A stretch of 64,000 nucleotides of DNA, taken from the NCBI GenBank assembly GCA_964468585.1, contig CAYXTM010000005.1:10247-74246 (forward strand). Direction: 5' to 3'. The notes beneath the pieces were generated by a model. It made no database searches, was not told the DNA's origin, and worked only from the letters and a program-made list of their open reading frames with translations. This document shows, piece by piece, positions 26,527-36,063 of the stretch (its first letter is position 1; each line of letters begins with the position of its first letter). Both the position numbers and the translations under genes were made by a program. The stretch is from an uncultured Thermoplasmatales archaeon. GTDB taxonomy: Archaea; Thermoplasmatota; Thermoplasmata; Thermoplasmatales; GCA-001856825.

Positions 26527-27153
26527 ATGAATAGGGAGGAATGGGATAAAGCTATTCAAGCAGCGCTTGAAAATGCTACAATAATCAGGACTGTAGAGGA
26601 AAGGGTGAAGGAATTTCTCTATCTAAAGTACTCCAATTCAGAGACCCTATTCATGGAATTAACTTTCTGCACACTCACTGCAAATACCAGTGCAGAACTC
26701 GGTATTAAGTGCATAAATAGACTTAAGGGAGTTGATTTCAGTTCTGTTAATAATATAAAATCAGAATTGAGGAAATGTGGTTACAGGTTTCCAAATACAA
26801 GGAGTAGGTACATCAATATTAACTTTGGAGTTAGGCACTTGCTGGAGATGATAAGGGAAATTGACGAACCTGAATTCCGCAGAGATTTCATTTTTGAGAA
26901 TTTTATAGGTATCGGTTACAAGGAGGCATCTCATTTTCTAAGGAACATAGGTTATTTTGAGTATGCGATACTGGACAAGCACATCCTGAGGTTCATGTCG
27001 ACCTACTTTAACAGAGAGTTTTCAAATAAGTCCAGGAAGGCTTACATTGAGGGAGAGGGCTATTTTAAAAAAATTGCCCAGGAATATAATACCGATCCAG
27101 GCATAATGGACCTTATCCTTTGGTACCTCATCACTGGAAAAATATTAAAATGA
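26527..27153 (+). CDS. ogg: 8-oxoguanine DNA glycosylase/AP lyase, archaeal Ogg2 type (HhH-GPD)
   Basis: 208 aa. The HhH segment IGIGYKEASHFLRNIGY (candidate catalytic Lys) is followed by AILDKHILRF (candidate Asp). Confidence 0.75.
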   Translation: MNREEWDKAIQAALENATIIRTVEERVKEFLYLKYSNSETLFMELTFCTLTANTSAELGIKCINRLKGVDFSSVNNIKSELRKCGYRFPNTRSRYININFGVRHLLEMIREIDEPEFRRDFIFENFIGIGYKEASHFLRNIGYFEYAILDKHILRFMSTYFNREFSNKSRKAYIEGEGYFKKIAQEYNTDPGIMDLILWYLITGKILK

Positions 27154-27232
27154 CTCTAACCATCGATTACGAGCCGGCCATGCTATTCCTTTAATATTTG
27201 CAAATAATGACGGTATCTCTTCGGTGGTGCTA

Positions 27233-28162
27233 ATGAAAATAGTTATGGCAGTGGGAGGCAATGCACTCTTGGAAAAATATGACAAAGGAACTGCTCAGGA
27301 ACAGATCAGAAGGGCTGAGACAACTGCTGAAATGACCTTTGACCTGTTCAAAAATAATCAAGTTGTGATTACTCATGGTAATGGACCTCAGGTCGGAGCT
27401 ATTCTACTCCAGAACGAATATGCAGCATCTCTTACCCCGGCGATGCCACTGGATGTTTGTGATGCCATGTCTCAGGGATCTATCTCATATTTTCTGCAGA
27501 CTGCATTCGGCAAGGTTTTCAGAAAAAATGGACTGAATAAAGAAATTTCTGGAATAATTACAAGGGTATTGGTGGATAGAGAGGACCCAGCCTTCCAGAA
27601 TCCCACTAAGCCTGTTGGAAAATATTACACCAGAGAAGAGGCCCTAATTCTTGAAAAAACTTATGGGTATAAATTGAAAGAAGATTCAGGGAGAGGATAC
27701 CGAAGGGTTGTCCCTTCCCCAATGCCAAAGGATATTTTGGAATTGAAGGTAATATTGGATGTCCTTGAGAGCGGAGACGTACCAATTGCGGTAGGAGGTG
27801 GCGGCATTCCAGTTGTCAAGACAGATGAAGGATACGAAGGTGTAGAAGCCGTTATAGACAAAGATCTTGCATCATCTCTTCTTGCACAGTTGATGAAGGC
27901 CGACTTATTCATAATACTCACAGCTGTGAATGCAGCCTATTTAAATTATAATAAACCCAATCAGCAGAAACTAGGTCTGATACCTGTTCAGAAATTAAAG
28001 GCCCATGTAAAGGAAGGACATTTTGGAAGCGGAAGTATGCTTCCGAAAATCCAAGCGGCGATTGAGTTTACAGAAAGAACAGGGAAGAAATCAATAATTA
28101 CTGATGCAAGGCATCTTTACGATGCTCTGGAAGAAAAAGAGGGAACTATAGTAGTTCCTTAA
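27233..28162 (+). CDS. arcC: carbamate kinase
   Basis: MKIVMAVGGNALL and ITHGNGPQVG motifs are present. The track ORF starts at GTG 27224. I prefer ATG 27233 because a GGTGGTG Shine-Dalgarno-like element sits just upstream. Confidence 0.9.
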   Translation: MKIVMAVGGNALLEKYDKGTAQEQIRRAETTAEMTFDLFKNNQVVITHGNGPQVGAILLQNEYAASLTPAMPLDVCDAMSQGSISYFLQTAFGKVFRKNGLNKEISGIITRVLVDREDPAFQNPTKPVGKYYTREEALILEKTYGYKLKEDSGRGYRRVVPSPMPKDILELKVILDVLESGDVPIAVGGGGIPVVKTDEGYEGVEAVIDKDLASSLLAQLMKADLFIILTAVNAAYLNYNKPNQQKLGLIPVQKLKAHVKEGHFGSGSMLPKIQAAIEFTERTGKKSIITDARHLYDALEEKEGTIVVP

Positions 28163-28163
28163 A

Positions 28164-28814
28164 TTATTTTTTCCTTATAATTTCGCCTTCTCTTGATATC
28201 TTGTTATTCTCTTCTAGCCAGTCAAGGGTCTCATAAAATTCTCTTCTGGTTATGAACAGATCATGTTTTTTAGCCATGCATGTTATGGCATCCTCTTCGG
28301 TTGATTCCGAATTCAGGCACCCCAATATTAAATTTCTAAGATCTTCCTTCCTGTTCCATGGGAATATGAACCACTTCCAGTTTTGAGCAGTAATTTCCTC
28401 TGCGTAGTAATCAGGTTGAATTTTTGACCTTGTTATGTGTAGGAGTGTTGCTGTAGCTATTGATTTGGGTGATTTTTTCTTTGTGGCCTCTATGGCCAGT
28501 GAGAGTGAGTCACCGGTATCGGTGATATCATCCACAATCAAAACGTCCTTCCCGGTGAGGTCTATTACGACAGGATGGGTGATTCTGGCTCTATTGTCTG
28601 GAGATGCCGTGACACCCCAGTGCTCTGTTTTCAAGGTGAACACATCTTTAATGTTTAAAAGGTCAGCAATGATCCTGGCAGGGACCAGACCCCCTCTTAT
28701 GACAGCTATGATGGAGTCAAACTTCTTATCTCCAATCTTTTCCACAACTATCTCAGACCATCTTTCAATTTCTTCCCAACTGACAAATTTTGATGGAACG
28801 TAGGGATATTCCAT
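28164..28814 (-). CDS. phosphoribosyltransferase (COG2236-like purine PRT) with C-terminal extension
   Basis: 216 aa. Contains FVSWEEIERW...AVIRGGLVPARIIADLL and the PRPP loop VLIVDDITDTGDSL. Confidence 0.7.
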   Translation of the reverse strand: MEYPYVPSKFVSWEEIERWSEIVVEKIGDKKFDSIIAVIRGGLVPARIIADLLNIKDVFTLKTEHWGVTASPDNRARITHPVVIDLTGKDVLIVDDITDTGDSLSLAIEATKKKSPKSIATATLLHITRSKIQPDYYAEEITAQNWKWFIFPWNRKEDLRNLILGCLNSESTEEDAITCMAKKHDLFITRREFYETLDWLEENNKISREGEIIRKK

Positions 28815-28882
28815 TATTATCGTACATTAGTTATTAATAATATTTAAAGAAAACGCTATATCTCTTCTCTTATTGTGAATTC

Positions 28883-29617
28883 ATGTTCTTGGTAGCGTCT
28901 GATAAGGACCCTGCAGCCATAAACATTTCAAAGTTTCTTGAAGAGATGGGATTCAAGGTACATTTCGTGGAAAAGCACCCTGTATACATGGATTATTTCG
29001 AGGAAACCATGAGTGTTCCAGAAAACGAGACCGTGGTATTCCTGAGCAAGCATAGCAGTGCCAAGGGAGTAAGAAGCCTAACAGTTCACAGCGCGGGAAA
29101 TTTTGCCACCAATGATCTGGGTGGATTGAAAAACTTTCTGACGTTCACAGATCCATTCTTGATGCATTCCATTCTGGTCAATTTGGCTAGTTTCAATAAA
29201 GGGGATTATTCGGTAACATATGAGGCAACACATCATGGCCCCGCATCTGACAGGAAGTTGATATTCGTGGAAATAGGTTCATCAGAGAAAGAATATTCTG
29301 ACCCATTGGCAGGTAAAGTCGTGGCAGATGCCATAATGTCCTCAAAAGAGGAAACAGGGGAGAGTTTCTGCGGAATCGGAGGACCCCATTATTCAGAAAA
29401 ATTCACGAGGATGGCGCTAGAAAAGGGATACAGATTCGGCCACATCGCTTCAAAATATAGGATTAATGAACTAACGGAAGATATTCTTCTTCAGATGCAT
29501 AGGAAGACAGAAAGGTGCAATGGATTTATTATAGATGAAAAGTCTTTCAACTCTGAGCAAAAGAGTATTTTAAAAAAGAAAATTGAGGCAGTTGGCCTCC
29601 CGTATGAATTTAAATGA
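28883..29617 (+). CDS. dtdA: archaeal-type D-aminoacyl-tRNA deacylase
   Basis: 244 aa. Contains SLTVHSAGNF and EATHHGP motifs as in the DtdA (PF04414-type) family. Confidence 0.8.
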   Translation: MFLVASDKDPAAINISKFLEEMGFKVHFVEKHPVYMDYFEETMSVPENETVVFLSKHSSAKGVRSLTVHSAGNFATNDLGGLKNFLTFTDPFLMHSILVNLASFNKGDYSVTYEATHHGPASDRKLIFVEIGSSEKEYSDPLAGKVVADAIMSSKEETGESFCGIGGPHYSEKFTRMALEKGYRFGHIASKYRINELTEDILLQMHRKTERCNGFIIDEKSFNSEQKSILKKKIEAVGLPYEFK

Positions 29618-29619
29618 AC

Positions 29620-30501
29620 CTATCCAATTAGTGCCGCGACAAGCAATGGAAGAAGAACCGTGGCCTCCCCTTCCACTGTTACTTGCTTTGCCTTTTCCTT
29701 AATCTTACCCCAGCTTATAGCTTCCCTGAGCTGAGCTCCAGAAAGAGATCCGTCGAATTCCTGGGCCGTCGTAATATAGACGGCATAGTCAAGTCCTCCT
29801 CTGAACTGGTTCCACCAAATGACGTGGTGCTTTGAAATGCCTCCACCTATCATGAGGGCACCCATGGGTCTTTTGCTCTCTGTCATGACTATGTCGGATA
29901 ATTTGTGTTCATCCATGAGCAAGTCAACATTGAAATCGCGATGCATTTCCCAAAAACTCCAAATTTGAGATCCAAAGGCTCCATCTACGTATCCAGGAAT
30001 ATAAATATCTATATTTTTTTCATAAGCAGCTCTTAAAATGGAACGGCATTTCATCTTCGATCCAAGGCGATTCAGCATCTCGCTGACTGTCCACACCTTC
30101 TTCTCGTTGTAAAGTTCCTCTAGGAATGGTTGCATCTTTTCTTCTATTATCCCGCCATAATTTTTATGGGGAATAATCACGTTTCCTAACCTGTATATGT
30201 TCTTCTTATGTAGCTCTTTATCATCCATAAGGAAATCGCCATGATAGTAGTTATTGTAACATCTCGCTAGATCATGATCAACCATACCAGCAGTGGTGAC
30301 AATATGGGAAATGATGCCAGTATTTATTAAATCAATAATGGCGCCTCTTGTGCCCGTTGAAATTATGTCAGCTGGGAAACTCAAAAAAACCTCTGCCTTC
30401 TTTTCCCTCATGTCTTTCAATATTTCAAGTGCGAGATAGACCTTTGGGGCTGTGAATCCTCCTGAACTTCCCATCTGTTCCACGAGTTCGCTAACCTTCA
30501 T
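29620..30501 (-). CDS. dys: deoxyhypusine synthase
   Basis: 293 aa. Contains TTAGMVDHD, ALMIGGGISKHH and SGAQLREAISWGK, which are characteristic DHS segments. Confidence 0.9.
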   Translation of the reverse strand: MKVSELVEQMGSSGGFTAPKVYLALEILKDMREKKAEVFLSFPADIISTGTRGAIIDLINTGIISHIVTTAGMVDHDLARCYNNYYHGDFLMDDKELHKKNIYRLGNVIIPHKNYGGIIEEKMQPFLEELYNEKKVWTVSEMLNRLGSKMKCRSILRAAYEKNIDIYIPGYVDGAFGSQIWSFWEMHRDFNVDLLMDEHKLSDIVMTESKRPMGALMIGGGISKHHVIWWNQFRGGLDYAVYITTAQEFDGSLSGAQLREAISWGKIKEKAKQVTVEGEATVLLPLLVAALIG

Positions 30502-30533
30502 TCCCTTCCTGATCTGAATGTCTCTTACGGGCC

Positions 30534-31556
30534 TTATTTTAATCCCTCCACTAGACTTAATAACTGCTTGTTCTTATTAAAATATTCCCTCGATGGTCTG
30601 AGGATCTCAATGAGTCTTTCGGACAGATCCTTTTTCAGGTCCTTTGCCGTTATCTCCTTGGAAAGGTATTTAGCGGCAAACTCATTGAAATCGTTGAATT
30701 CTTTATTTATATTTCTCATGATTACGGATCCTGTGGATGGATTATCTGGGTAGAAATTGAATATAACTATTTTGTAAATGTCCACAACTGGATTGCCTTC
30801 AATAACACCCTCGGGACAAAAGGCCTGGTTTATCTTTCTTTGAATCTCCTCAGGAGTATCATTTATAAAGATAGCGGAGTCAGACTTACTCTTACTCATT
30901 TTATTAGCAGGGTCCATCCTGTTGCCTCCTTTAAGGGAAGTTATGAGAGGTCCATGAACCGCAACGAATTTTTTGTAACCCACTTTCTTATGTATGTCTC
31001 TAGCCATCATGTGAACGTGCCTCTGGTCCATTCCACCTAGGGCAATATCCAGATCCATGTAGAATATATCAGTGGCTTGCATTAAAGGATATATAAGTTT
31101 TGAAGCATCAGATTCAGCATCTTCCTCTTTCCTGCCCATTATTGGCAGTGCTCTCTTCAGCCGGGGTAATGTCAATGACTTGGCAACCTTCAGGAGAAGT
31201 GCCCAGTATTCTTGATCCTTAACAAGATCGGAAGCATAAATAAATTTAACATCATCTCTCAACCCCAGGGAGAGGAATCCGTGCCTCATGTATTCTGCAG
31301 CGTTTCTTATTCTTTCCATATCTCCGTCTAGCTTATCGTTTATTTTGGCATGCCAGTCAGCCAATAAAATCCTCATTTCAACACCCTGGGATGCAAAAAG
31401 ATTTATTATATTGGTCCAATATAATCCTGTCCCCAGGTGAAGGAGTCCGGATGGCTCAAAACCAATATAACCTTTAGGGTTAGTCAATTCAGCAAGTTCA
31501 TTTCTAGTAATTATCTCCTCAACGACCTTTTCTATTCTTTCCACATTCAATGGCAT
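30534..31556 (-). CDS. tyrS: tyrosyl-tRNA synthetase (archaeal type)
   Basis: 340 aa. Contains YIGFEPSGLLHLGTG (HIGH region), YPLMQATD, GGMDQRHVHMMARD, KMSKSK and CPEGVIEGNP. It is collinear with M. jannaschii TyrRS as I remember it. Confidence 0.85.
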   Translation of the reverse strand: MPLNVERIEKVVEEIITRNELAELTNPKGYIGFEPSGLLHLGTGLYWTNIINLFASQGVEMRILLADWHAKINDKLDGDMERIRNAAEYMRHGFLSLGLRDDVKFIYASDLVKDQEYWALLLKVAKSLTLPRLKRALPIMGRKEEDAESDASKLIYPLMQATDIFYMDLDIALGGMDQRHVHMMARDIHKKVGYKKFVAVHGPLITSLKGGNRMDPANKMSKSKSDSAIFINDTPEEIQRKINQAFCPEGVIEGNPVVDIYKIVIFNFYPDNPSTGSVIMRNINKEFNDFNEFAAKYLSKEITAKDLKKDLSERLIEILRPSREYFNKNKQLLSLVEGLK

Positions 31557-31599
31557 ACCTTCCTTGAAATTTTATGATCTTAAATATTTTAGCCTTATT

Positions 31600-32136
31600 T
31601 CATAGCCAAATTGCGTGCCTTCTTCTCAAATCCTCTTCTGTTTCCCCCTTCATGTCCATTAGGAGCGCCACCATTGAATCCAGCAATATCATTGCAGAAA
31701 TTTCAAATAAGGTACCCAGAGGCGCCAGGTTACTGCTTTTGTTAGTCGGAATATGGATAAGATAATCGGAATTCCTTGCCATGGAGCTGTTCGGAGAGGA
31801 TGTAATAGATATAACTTTAGAATCAACTCGTTTGGAAATCTGCTCCACCAGCAGAGTCCCCTGGGATTCCCCTGTACCAGATATGAGAACAACGACATCT
31901 TTGTTACTCACCACTGGTGTAATGGTCTCCCCTACTATATATGCCTTCAGCCCCAGTTGTGTAAGTCGCATGGCGAATGCCCGCCCTATGATTCCAGACC
32001 TTCCCACACCGTATACAAAAATATTCTGCGCAGAAAGGATCGCATTACAAGCCTTCTCAATAACTTTATCATCTATATTTTTAAGCAATTCCACATTTCT
32101 TATGATCTCATCCAGTGAATTTTTAATTATTGTCAT
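31600..32136 (-). CDS. SIS-domain sugar-phosphate isomerase, 6-phospho-3-hexuloisomerase-like
   Basis: 178 aa. Contains IFVYGVGRSGIIGRAFAMRL and VLISGTGES, which are typical SIS/PHI segments. Confidence 0.7.
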   Translation of the reverse strand: MTIIKNSLDEIIRNVELLKNIDDKVIEKACNAILSAQNIFVYGVGRSGIIGRAFAMRLTQLGLKAYIVGETITPVVSNKDVVVLISGTGESQGTLLVEQISKRVDSKVISITSSPNSSMARNSDYLIHIPTNKSSNLAPLGTLFEISAMILLDSMVALLMDMKGETEEDLRRRHAIWL

Positions 32137-33149
32137 GGCAAGGGTTTTATAACTTTTCCAATTTTTTTCGATATTGACCTTTCAAAAATAACTTTCATGT
32201 AAAGTGCATCGTGTTCAAGGAGCGGTGAGAAGGATATCACAGTTATCTCATCATCAAAATTTACCATGGCGTCCGCAAGCGGTTCGAATTTTAGGTTCCC
32301 CCTCTTTATGGGTGTGAATCTGTGCTCACCAGTATCAAGGATTTCCACTCCTGAAAATTCGAAGTATAGAGGTCTTTCTTCTTTCTTTGTATTTTCTATC
32401 AATTCAGTGAAAAATTCCTTCTCGTATGTATTTTCACTTTCTAGGCTGTAAAGATGTGCTATATTCGTGACTCCCTTAATACCTTTAACATCCTTTTCCA
32501 GCTTTTTTATTTCCTCCATTGTTCCCAATACCTCTGGATGCCCGGAATTTTCAATATACAATTTACTTTTTATCTTGAGTTTATGGAATCTGTTGAGTAT
32601 TTCTTTCAAGGAGGCTTCTGTTGTCTTCAGCGCTTTCTTTCTATCGCCTTTGAACAGACCCAAATGCGAGATGATGAAATCCCCATCAAGGGCATCATTT
32701 AAGATCCCTGCCCATATGGTATGTAAAATAGAATCATTTATCAATTTTTCATCGTTAGAAAAATCCACATAATATGGGGTGTGAAGCGTAATTTTTACAT
32801 CAAGTTCTTTAGCAATTTCTGCCGCCAGTTTTAATTCTTTATAGTCCCTTGCCATACTCCAAAACAATTCTCTCCCAATGTCACCTTCTTCAATGGTGCT
32901 ATCCAGTGGGATAGGGACGTAATTTCCTTCTTCATCCCCTCTCAGGAGTTCTGTTAAAAGTACATCATCGATTTCGAATGGTTTCATCCCCACATATTCG
33001 GAAAGGTCCCTATCTTGTACACTTACCCTGAATAATTGAATTTCCAAATGATTGAGACCCAACTGAAAAGTATTTTCAATTGCATCCTTTACTGTCCTCC
33101 CTTTTGAGCCAAGCGGAATGCCAGCAATCCCAAATCTATACATAATCAT
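32133..33149 (-). CDS. divergent endonuclease IV / xylose-isomerase-like TIM-barrel protein
   Basis: 338 aa. Endo IV-like blocks occur in order (ITLHTPYYVDFS, IISHLG, LYIENSG, NIAHLY, GEHRFTPIKRGNL), but several metal-ligand positions are not canonical. It has a 4-nt overlap with the SIS gene. Confidence 0.45.
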   Translation of the reverse strand: MIMYRFGIAGIPLGSKGRTVKDAIENTFQLGLNHLEIQLFRVSVQDRDLSEYVGMKPFEIDDVLLTELLRGDEEGNYVPIPLDSTIEEGDIGRELFWSMARDYKELKLAAEIAKELDVKITLHTPYYVDFSNDEKLINDSILHTIWAGILNDALDGDFIISHLGLFKGDRKKALKTTEASLKEILNRFHKLKIKSKLYIENSGHPEVLGTMEEIKKLEKDVKGIKGVTNIAHLYSLESENTYEKEFFTELIENTKKEERPLYFEFSGVEILDTGEHRFTPIKRGNLKFEPLADAMVNFDDEITVISFSPLLEHDALYMKVIFERSISKKIGKVIKPLP

Positions 33150-33177
33150 TACGTGATAAAGGAATTAATTAAATATT

Positions 33178-33615
33178 TTACCCAAAAAGTTGTAAATTTT
33201 TTCTGATTTTTTCTGCTTCTCTTTCTAGCTTTTCAGGTGTTTCAATTTTCCTCCTTCTTGCCACCTCAATCAGATATTTCAGGTAAGAATTATCATACCT
33301 TGGAATTATGTGTATGTGGAAATGGTCCTCTGTCTGTCCTGCGAGAGGTCCATTATTCTGAATTACATTGAGACCTGGTGGATTATATGCAGACCTAAGA
33401 GCAAGAGATATAATCTTAACCCCTACCATCATATCCTTAAGAATGTTTTCGGGAATATCATAAATATCAAAGTAATGCTCCTTGGAGAAAATTATTACAT
33501 GTCCTGTTGAGACTGGACGATAGTCCATTACTGCTAAGAACTTATGACCATTCAATACTTCATGATACTCCTTTTTGCCAGATGCCATATCGCAGAAAGG
33601 ACAATCTTGCACCAT
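33178..33615 (-). CDS. HIT-family nucleotide hydrolase/transferase
   Basis: 145 aa. Has an N-terminal CPFC and the histidine triad HFHIHIIPR. Confidence 0.85.
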   Translation of the reverse strand: MVQDCPFCDMASGKKEYHEVLNGHKFLAVMDYRPVSTGHVIIFSKEHYFDIYDIPENILKDMMVGVKIISLALRSAYNPPGLNVIQNNGPLAGQTEDHFHIHIIPRYDNSYLKYLIEVARRRKIETPEKLEREAEKIRKNLQLFG

Positions 33616-33641
33616 AGGGAATCAACTGTTTCTCCTATAAT

Positions 33642-34805
33642 TCAGTTACTGCTCTTGACTTCTGTCCAAGTAAGCAAGAACATGAGTATGATTCCGGATG
33701 TTGCCAGGAATATCCATGATGCCCGATAATTGTAAAACGAAGCTATTGCTGTAAAGATAGTAGGTATTATACTGCCAAGTGCAATCTGCACGAAATTAAC
33801 GAATGACAGAGCAAAAGGAAGAGACTCTTTTTCTCTTATGTAAAGGTTAGTAAGAGTATAAAGTAATGAAAAGCTGTTCACGGTAATGAGGCCTTCAAGT
33901 ATTACAGCAATTGAGAATATGTAGACATTGGAGGTCAGAGCTATTGGAACGAATAAAATTGAAATGAGGGCTGTCAGAGAAATCGAGAGCAGCCTCCTTG
34001 ATCCATATCTGGAGATAAGGTAGCCTCCAATTATTCCTCCTGGGAAACCGAGTACTAGGTAAATTCCTCCTATTGTTCCAGCCAGTGTTTGATTCATTCT
34101 GATATATGTTTCGGCGTAATAAATTATGAATTGCCCGATTATAGTTTCTGAAAACATGCCTGCCATAAGTCCTATGGAAAGTAACCAAAGAATCTTGCTT
34201 TTTACGACATAAACAATTTCGTCAGCTATCTTGGAACCATGAAGTCTTTCTTGACCGTATTTGTTGGTTGCAATGAACATGAGGATGCCGGAGACTATAG
34301 CCAGTATTCCGCCAAATATGAGGCCATTCCTCCATCCAATAAAATTGTCAACTATTACCCATCCAAATGCTCCTATTCCTCCACCGAGATTGAATGAGCC
34401 GTTGTATATTCCAACCCACAGACCGTATTTCTCAACTGGGGTTATCGATTTCAGGAGTGATAGACCAGGGGAGAAGAAAAGAGCAGAACCAGATCCGGCA
34501 ATGAATCTGAATAATCCCAACTGGAGGAGATTCTGTGAGAATCCGCTCAATACCCCACCAATTCCTAGAACAATAATTCCAAGGAACGAGATAAGACGTG
34601 ATCCGAATTTAGTTGCAAGAAAACCCCCCACCATCTGAAACATTGCGAGCCCAATATAGAAAGATGTGGTCGCAACTCCAAGATAAATTAGCTTTAGATT
34701 GAGGTCCCTCGATATGAATATAAGTCCCGGCGTTATATCGAACCAGTTTAGGGCATAAACGGCCCTTGCGACGTTTATCGTGACTGCTCTTAATCTGTAA
34801 CCCAA
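33642..34805 (-). CDS. MFS transporter
   Basis: 387 aa with about 12 TM helices. It lies 10 nt downstream of the LysA-like gene on the same strand. Confidence 0.75.
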   Translation of the reverse strand: MGYRLRAVTINVARAVYALNWFDITPGLIFISRDLNLKLIYLGVATTSFYIGLAMFQMVGGFLATKFGSRLISFLGIIVLGIGGVLSGFSQNLLQLGLFRFIAGSGSALFFSPGLSLLKSITPVEKYGLWVGIYNGSFNLGGGIGAFGWVIVDNFIGWRNGLIFGGILAIVSGILMFIATNKYGQERLHGSKIADEIVYVVKSKILWLLSIGLMAGMFSETIIGQFIIYYAETYIRMNQTLAGTIGGIYLVLGFPGGIIGGYLISRYGSRRLLSISLTALISILFVPIALTSNVYIFSIAVILEGLITVNSFSLLYTLTNLYIREKESLPFALSFVNFVQIALGSIIPTIFTAIASFYNYRASWIFLATSGIILMFLLTWTEVKSSN

Positions 34806-34815
34806 GAGATCCCCC

Positions 34816-36063
34816 CTATGTCAAAAATCTATCAATTATGTAGTCCAGATCATCTCCTTTTCTTATTATATCAATTTGATCTCCATCAACCATTATTTCC
34901 ATGGGTCTTTTCAGAAGATTATAATTGGAAGACATGGAAGTAACATAAGCACCTCCGTTATACGTAATTAAGACATCTCCAATTTTTGGTTCAACCAATG
35001 CCACATTCTCGCCAAGACGATCCGTATTCTCACATGCCTGACCCGTTATTATGAATCTTTTCTGTTTCCCATATAGTTTGTTCATTATTTCAAAATGGTG
35101 CTTTGCGCCATATAAAGCAGGCCGGAGCAAAACATTGAAGCTCAGATCGGTGCCAATAAAATTTCTGTCGGTCCTCTTGACATTGGTAACAGATGAAAGT
35201 ATCACGGCAGAATTGGCCACCATAAATCTGCCTGGCTCGGTAATGATTTTGGCACCCCATAATCTCCTGTTTTCTGGAACTTTCAGTGAATCATATATAT
35301 TTTTGGCTACCTTGCTGATGTCAAGGTCATTCTGCCCAGGGGTATATGGCACACCATACCCTCCACCAACATCAAGATACTCAAAATCTATGTTTAGTTC
35401 ATCTGAAATTTTTCTGGCAATGGAGAAAAACGCTTTGCTGGAATACTTGAAAAAATCACTGTCCAGGACATTGGAGCCCGTATGCATATGTATTCCAAAC
35501 CTCCTTATTCCAAGGTTCTTGGCTTTCTCATATGTTTTCAGAGCATTCTCTGGTGAGGTACCAAATTTGCTATTTTTTCCACCTGTAGTAATCCCTCTAA
35601 ATTCTCCCTTTCCAATTCCAGGATTTATTCTCAATGAGAATACTTCTGGAATGCTATCCACCAATGAAAATTGAATCTCATCATCAAAGTTAATTATGAA
35701 CTCCTCATCAACAAGTTCATTCAGTTCAGAGCGGGATAAATTATTAGGGCTAACTGTTATTTTTCTCTTATCAAAGCCGACTCTTATCCCCAGATGAGCC
35801 TCATTAGGATTAGCCGCATCCAGTCCACCTTCCATATTCCTTATTAGATTTAGGATATGGAGGTTATAATTGGATTTAGTTGCATAATGAAACTCATGAT
35901 CCTGGAATAGGGAAAATGCATTCTTAAAAGAATTTACGTTATCCAAAATCTGCTTTTTGGAATAAACAATGATGGGAGTTCCATATTCATTCACTATATA
36001 ATCCAATGGAACGTCCTCAATATAATGACGGTTATCATTAAAAATTAAAGGTTTCATGTTCAC
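34816..36063 (-). CDS. lysA: diaminopimelate decarboxylase-type PLP enzyme (group IV decarboxylase)
   Basis: 415 aa. Contains HYATKSN (PLP-Lys region), DVGGGYGVPY, EPGRFMVANSAVIL, GQACENTD and NGGAYVTSMSSNYN, which are LysA-like blocks. It shares a 1-nt junction (36063) with the epimerase gene. Confidence 0.75.
   Translation of the reverse strand: MNMKPLIFNDNRHYIEDVPLDYIVNEYGTPIIVYSKKQILDNVNSFKNAFSLFQDHEFHYATKSNYNLHILNLIRNMEGGLDAANPNEAHLGIRVGFDKRKITVSPNNLSRSELNELVDEEFIINFDDEIQFSLVDSIPEVFSLRINPGIGKGEFRGITTGGKNSKFGTSPENALKTYEKAKNLGIRRFGIHMHTGSNVLDSDFFKYSSKAFFSIARKISDELNIDFEYLDVGGGYGVPYTPGQNDLDISKVAKNIYDSLKVPENRRLWGAKIITEPGRFMVANSAVILSSVTNVKRTDRNFIGTDLSFNVLLRPALYGAKHHFEIMNKLYGKQKRFIITGQACENTDRLGENVALVEPKIGDVLITYNGGAYVTSMSSNYNLLKRPMEIMVDGDQIDIIRKGDDLDYIIDRFLT

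Noticed and set aside
31600-33149. SIS (6-phospho-3-hexuloisomerase-like) gene coupled to a TIM-barrel gene as a possible novel RuMP-type module
   Set aside because: The TIM-barrel protein aligns better by motif order with endonuclease IV/xylose-isomerase-like proteins than with hexulose-phosphate synthase (OMPDC fold). With only a 4-nt overlap as evidence, the functional link is too weak.
35051-35674. 207-aa plus-strand ORF, and similar long antisense ORFs at 18418-18894, 40879-41346, 31753-32152, 16129-16530 and 28435-28803
   Set aside because: Each lies entirely inside, and antisense to, a gene with strong family motifs (LysA, PPDK, EtfB, SIS isomerase, uS2, PRT). Their translations are Ser/Pro/Leu-rich low-complexity sequences typical of shadow ORFs.
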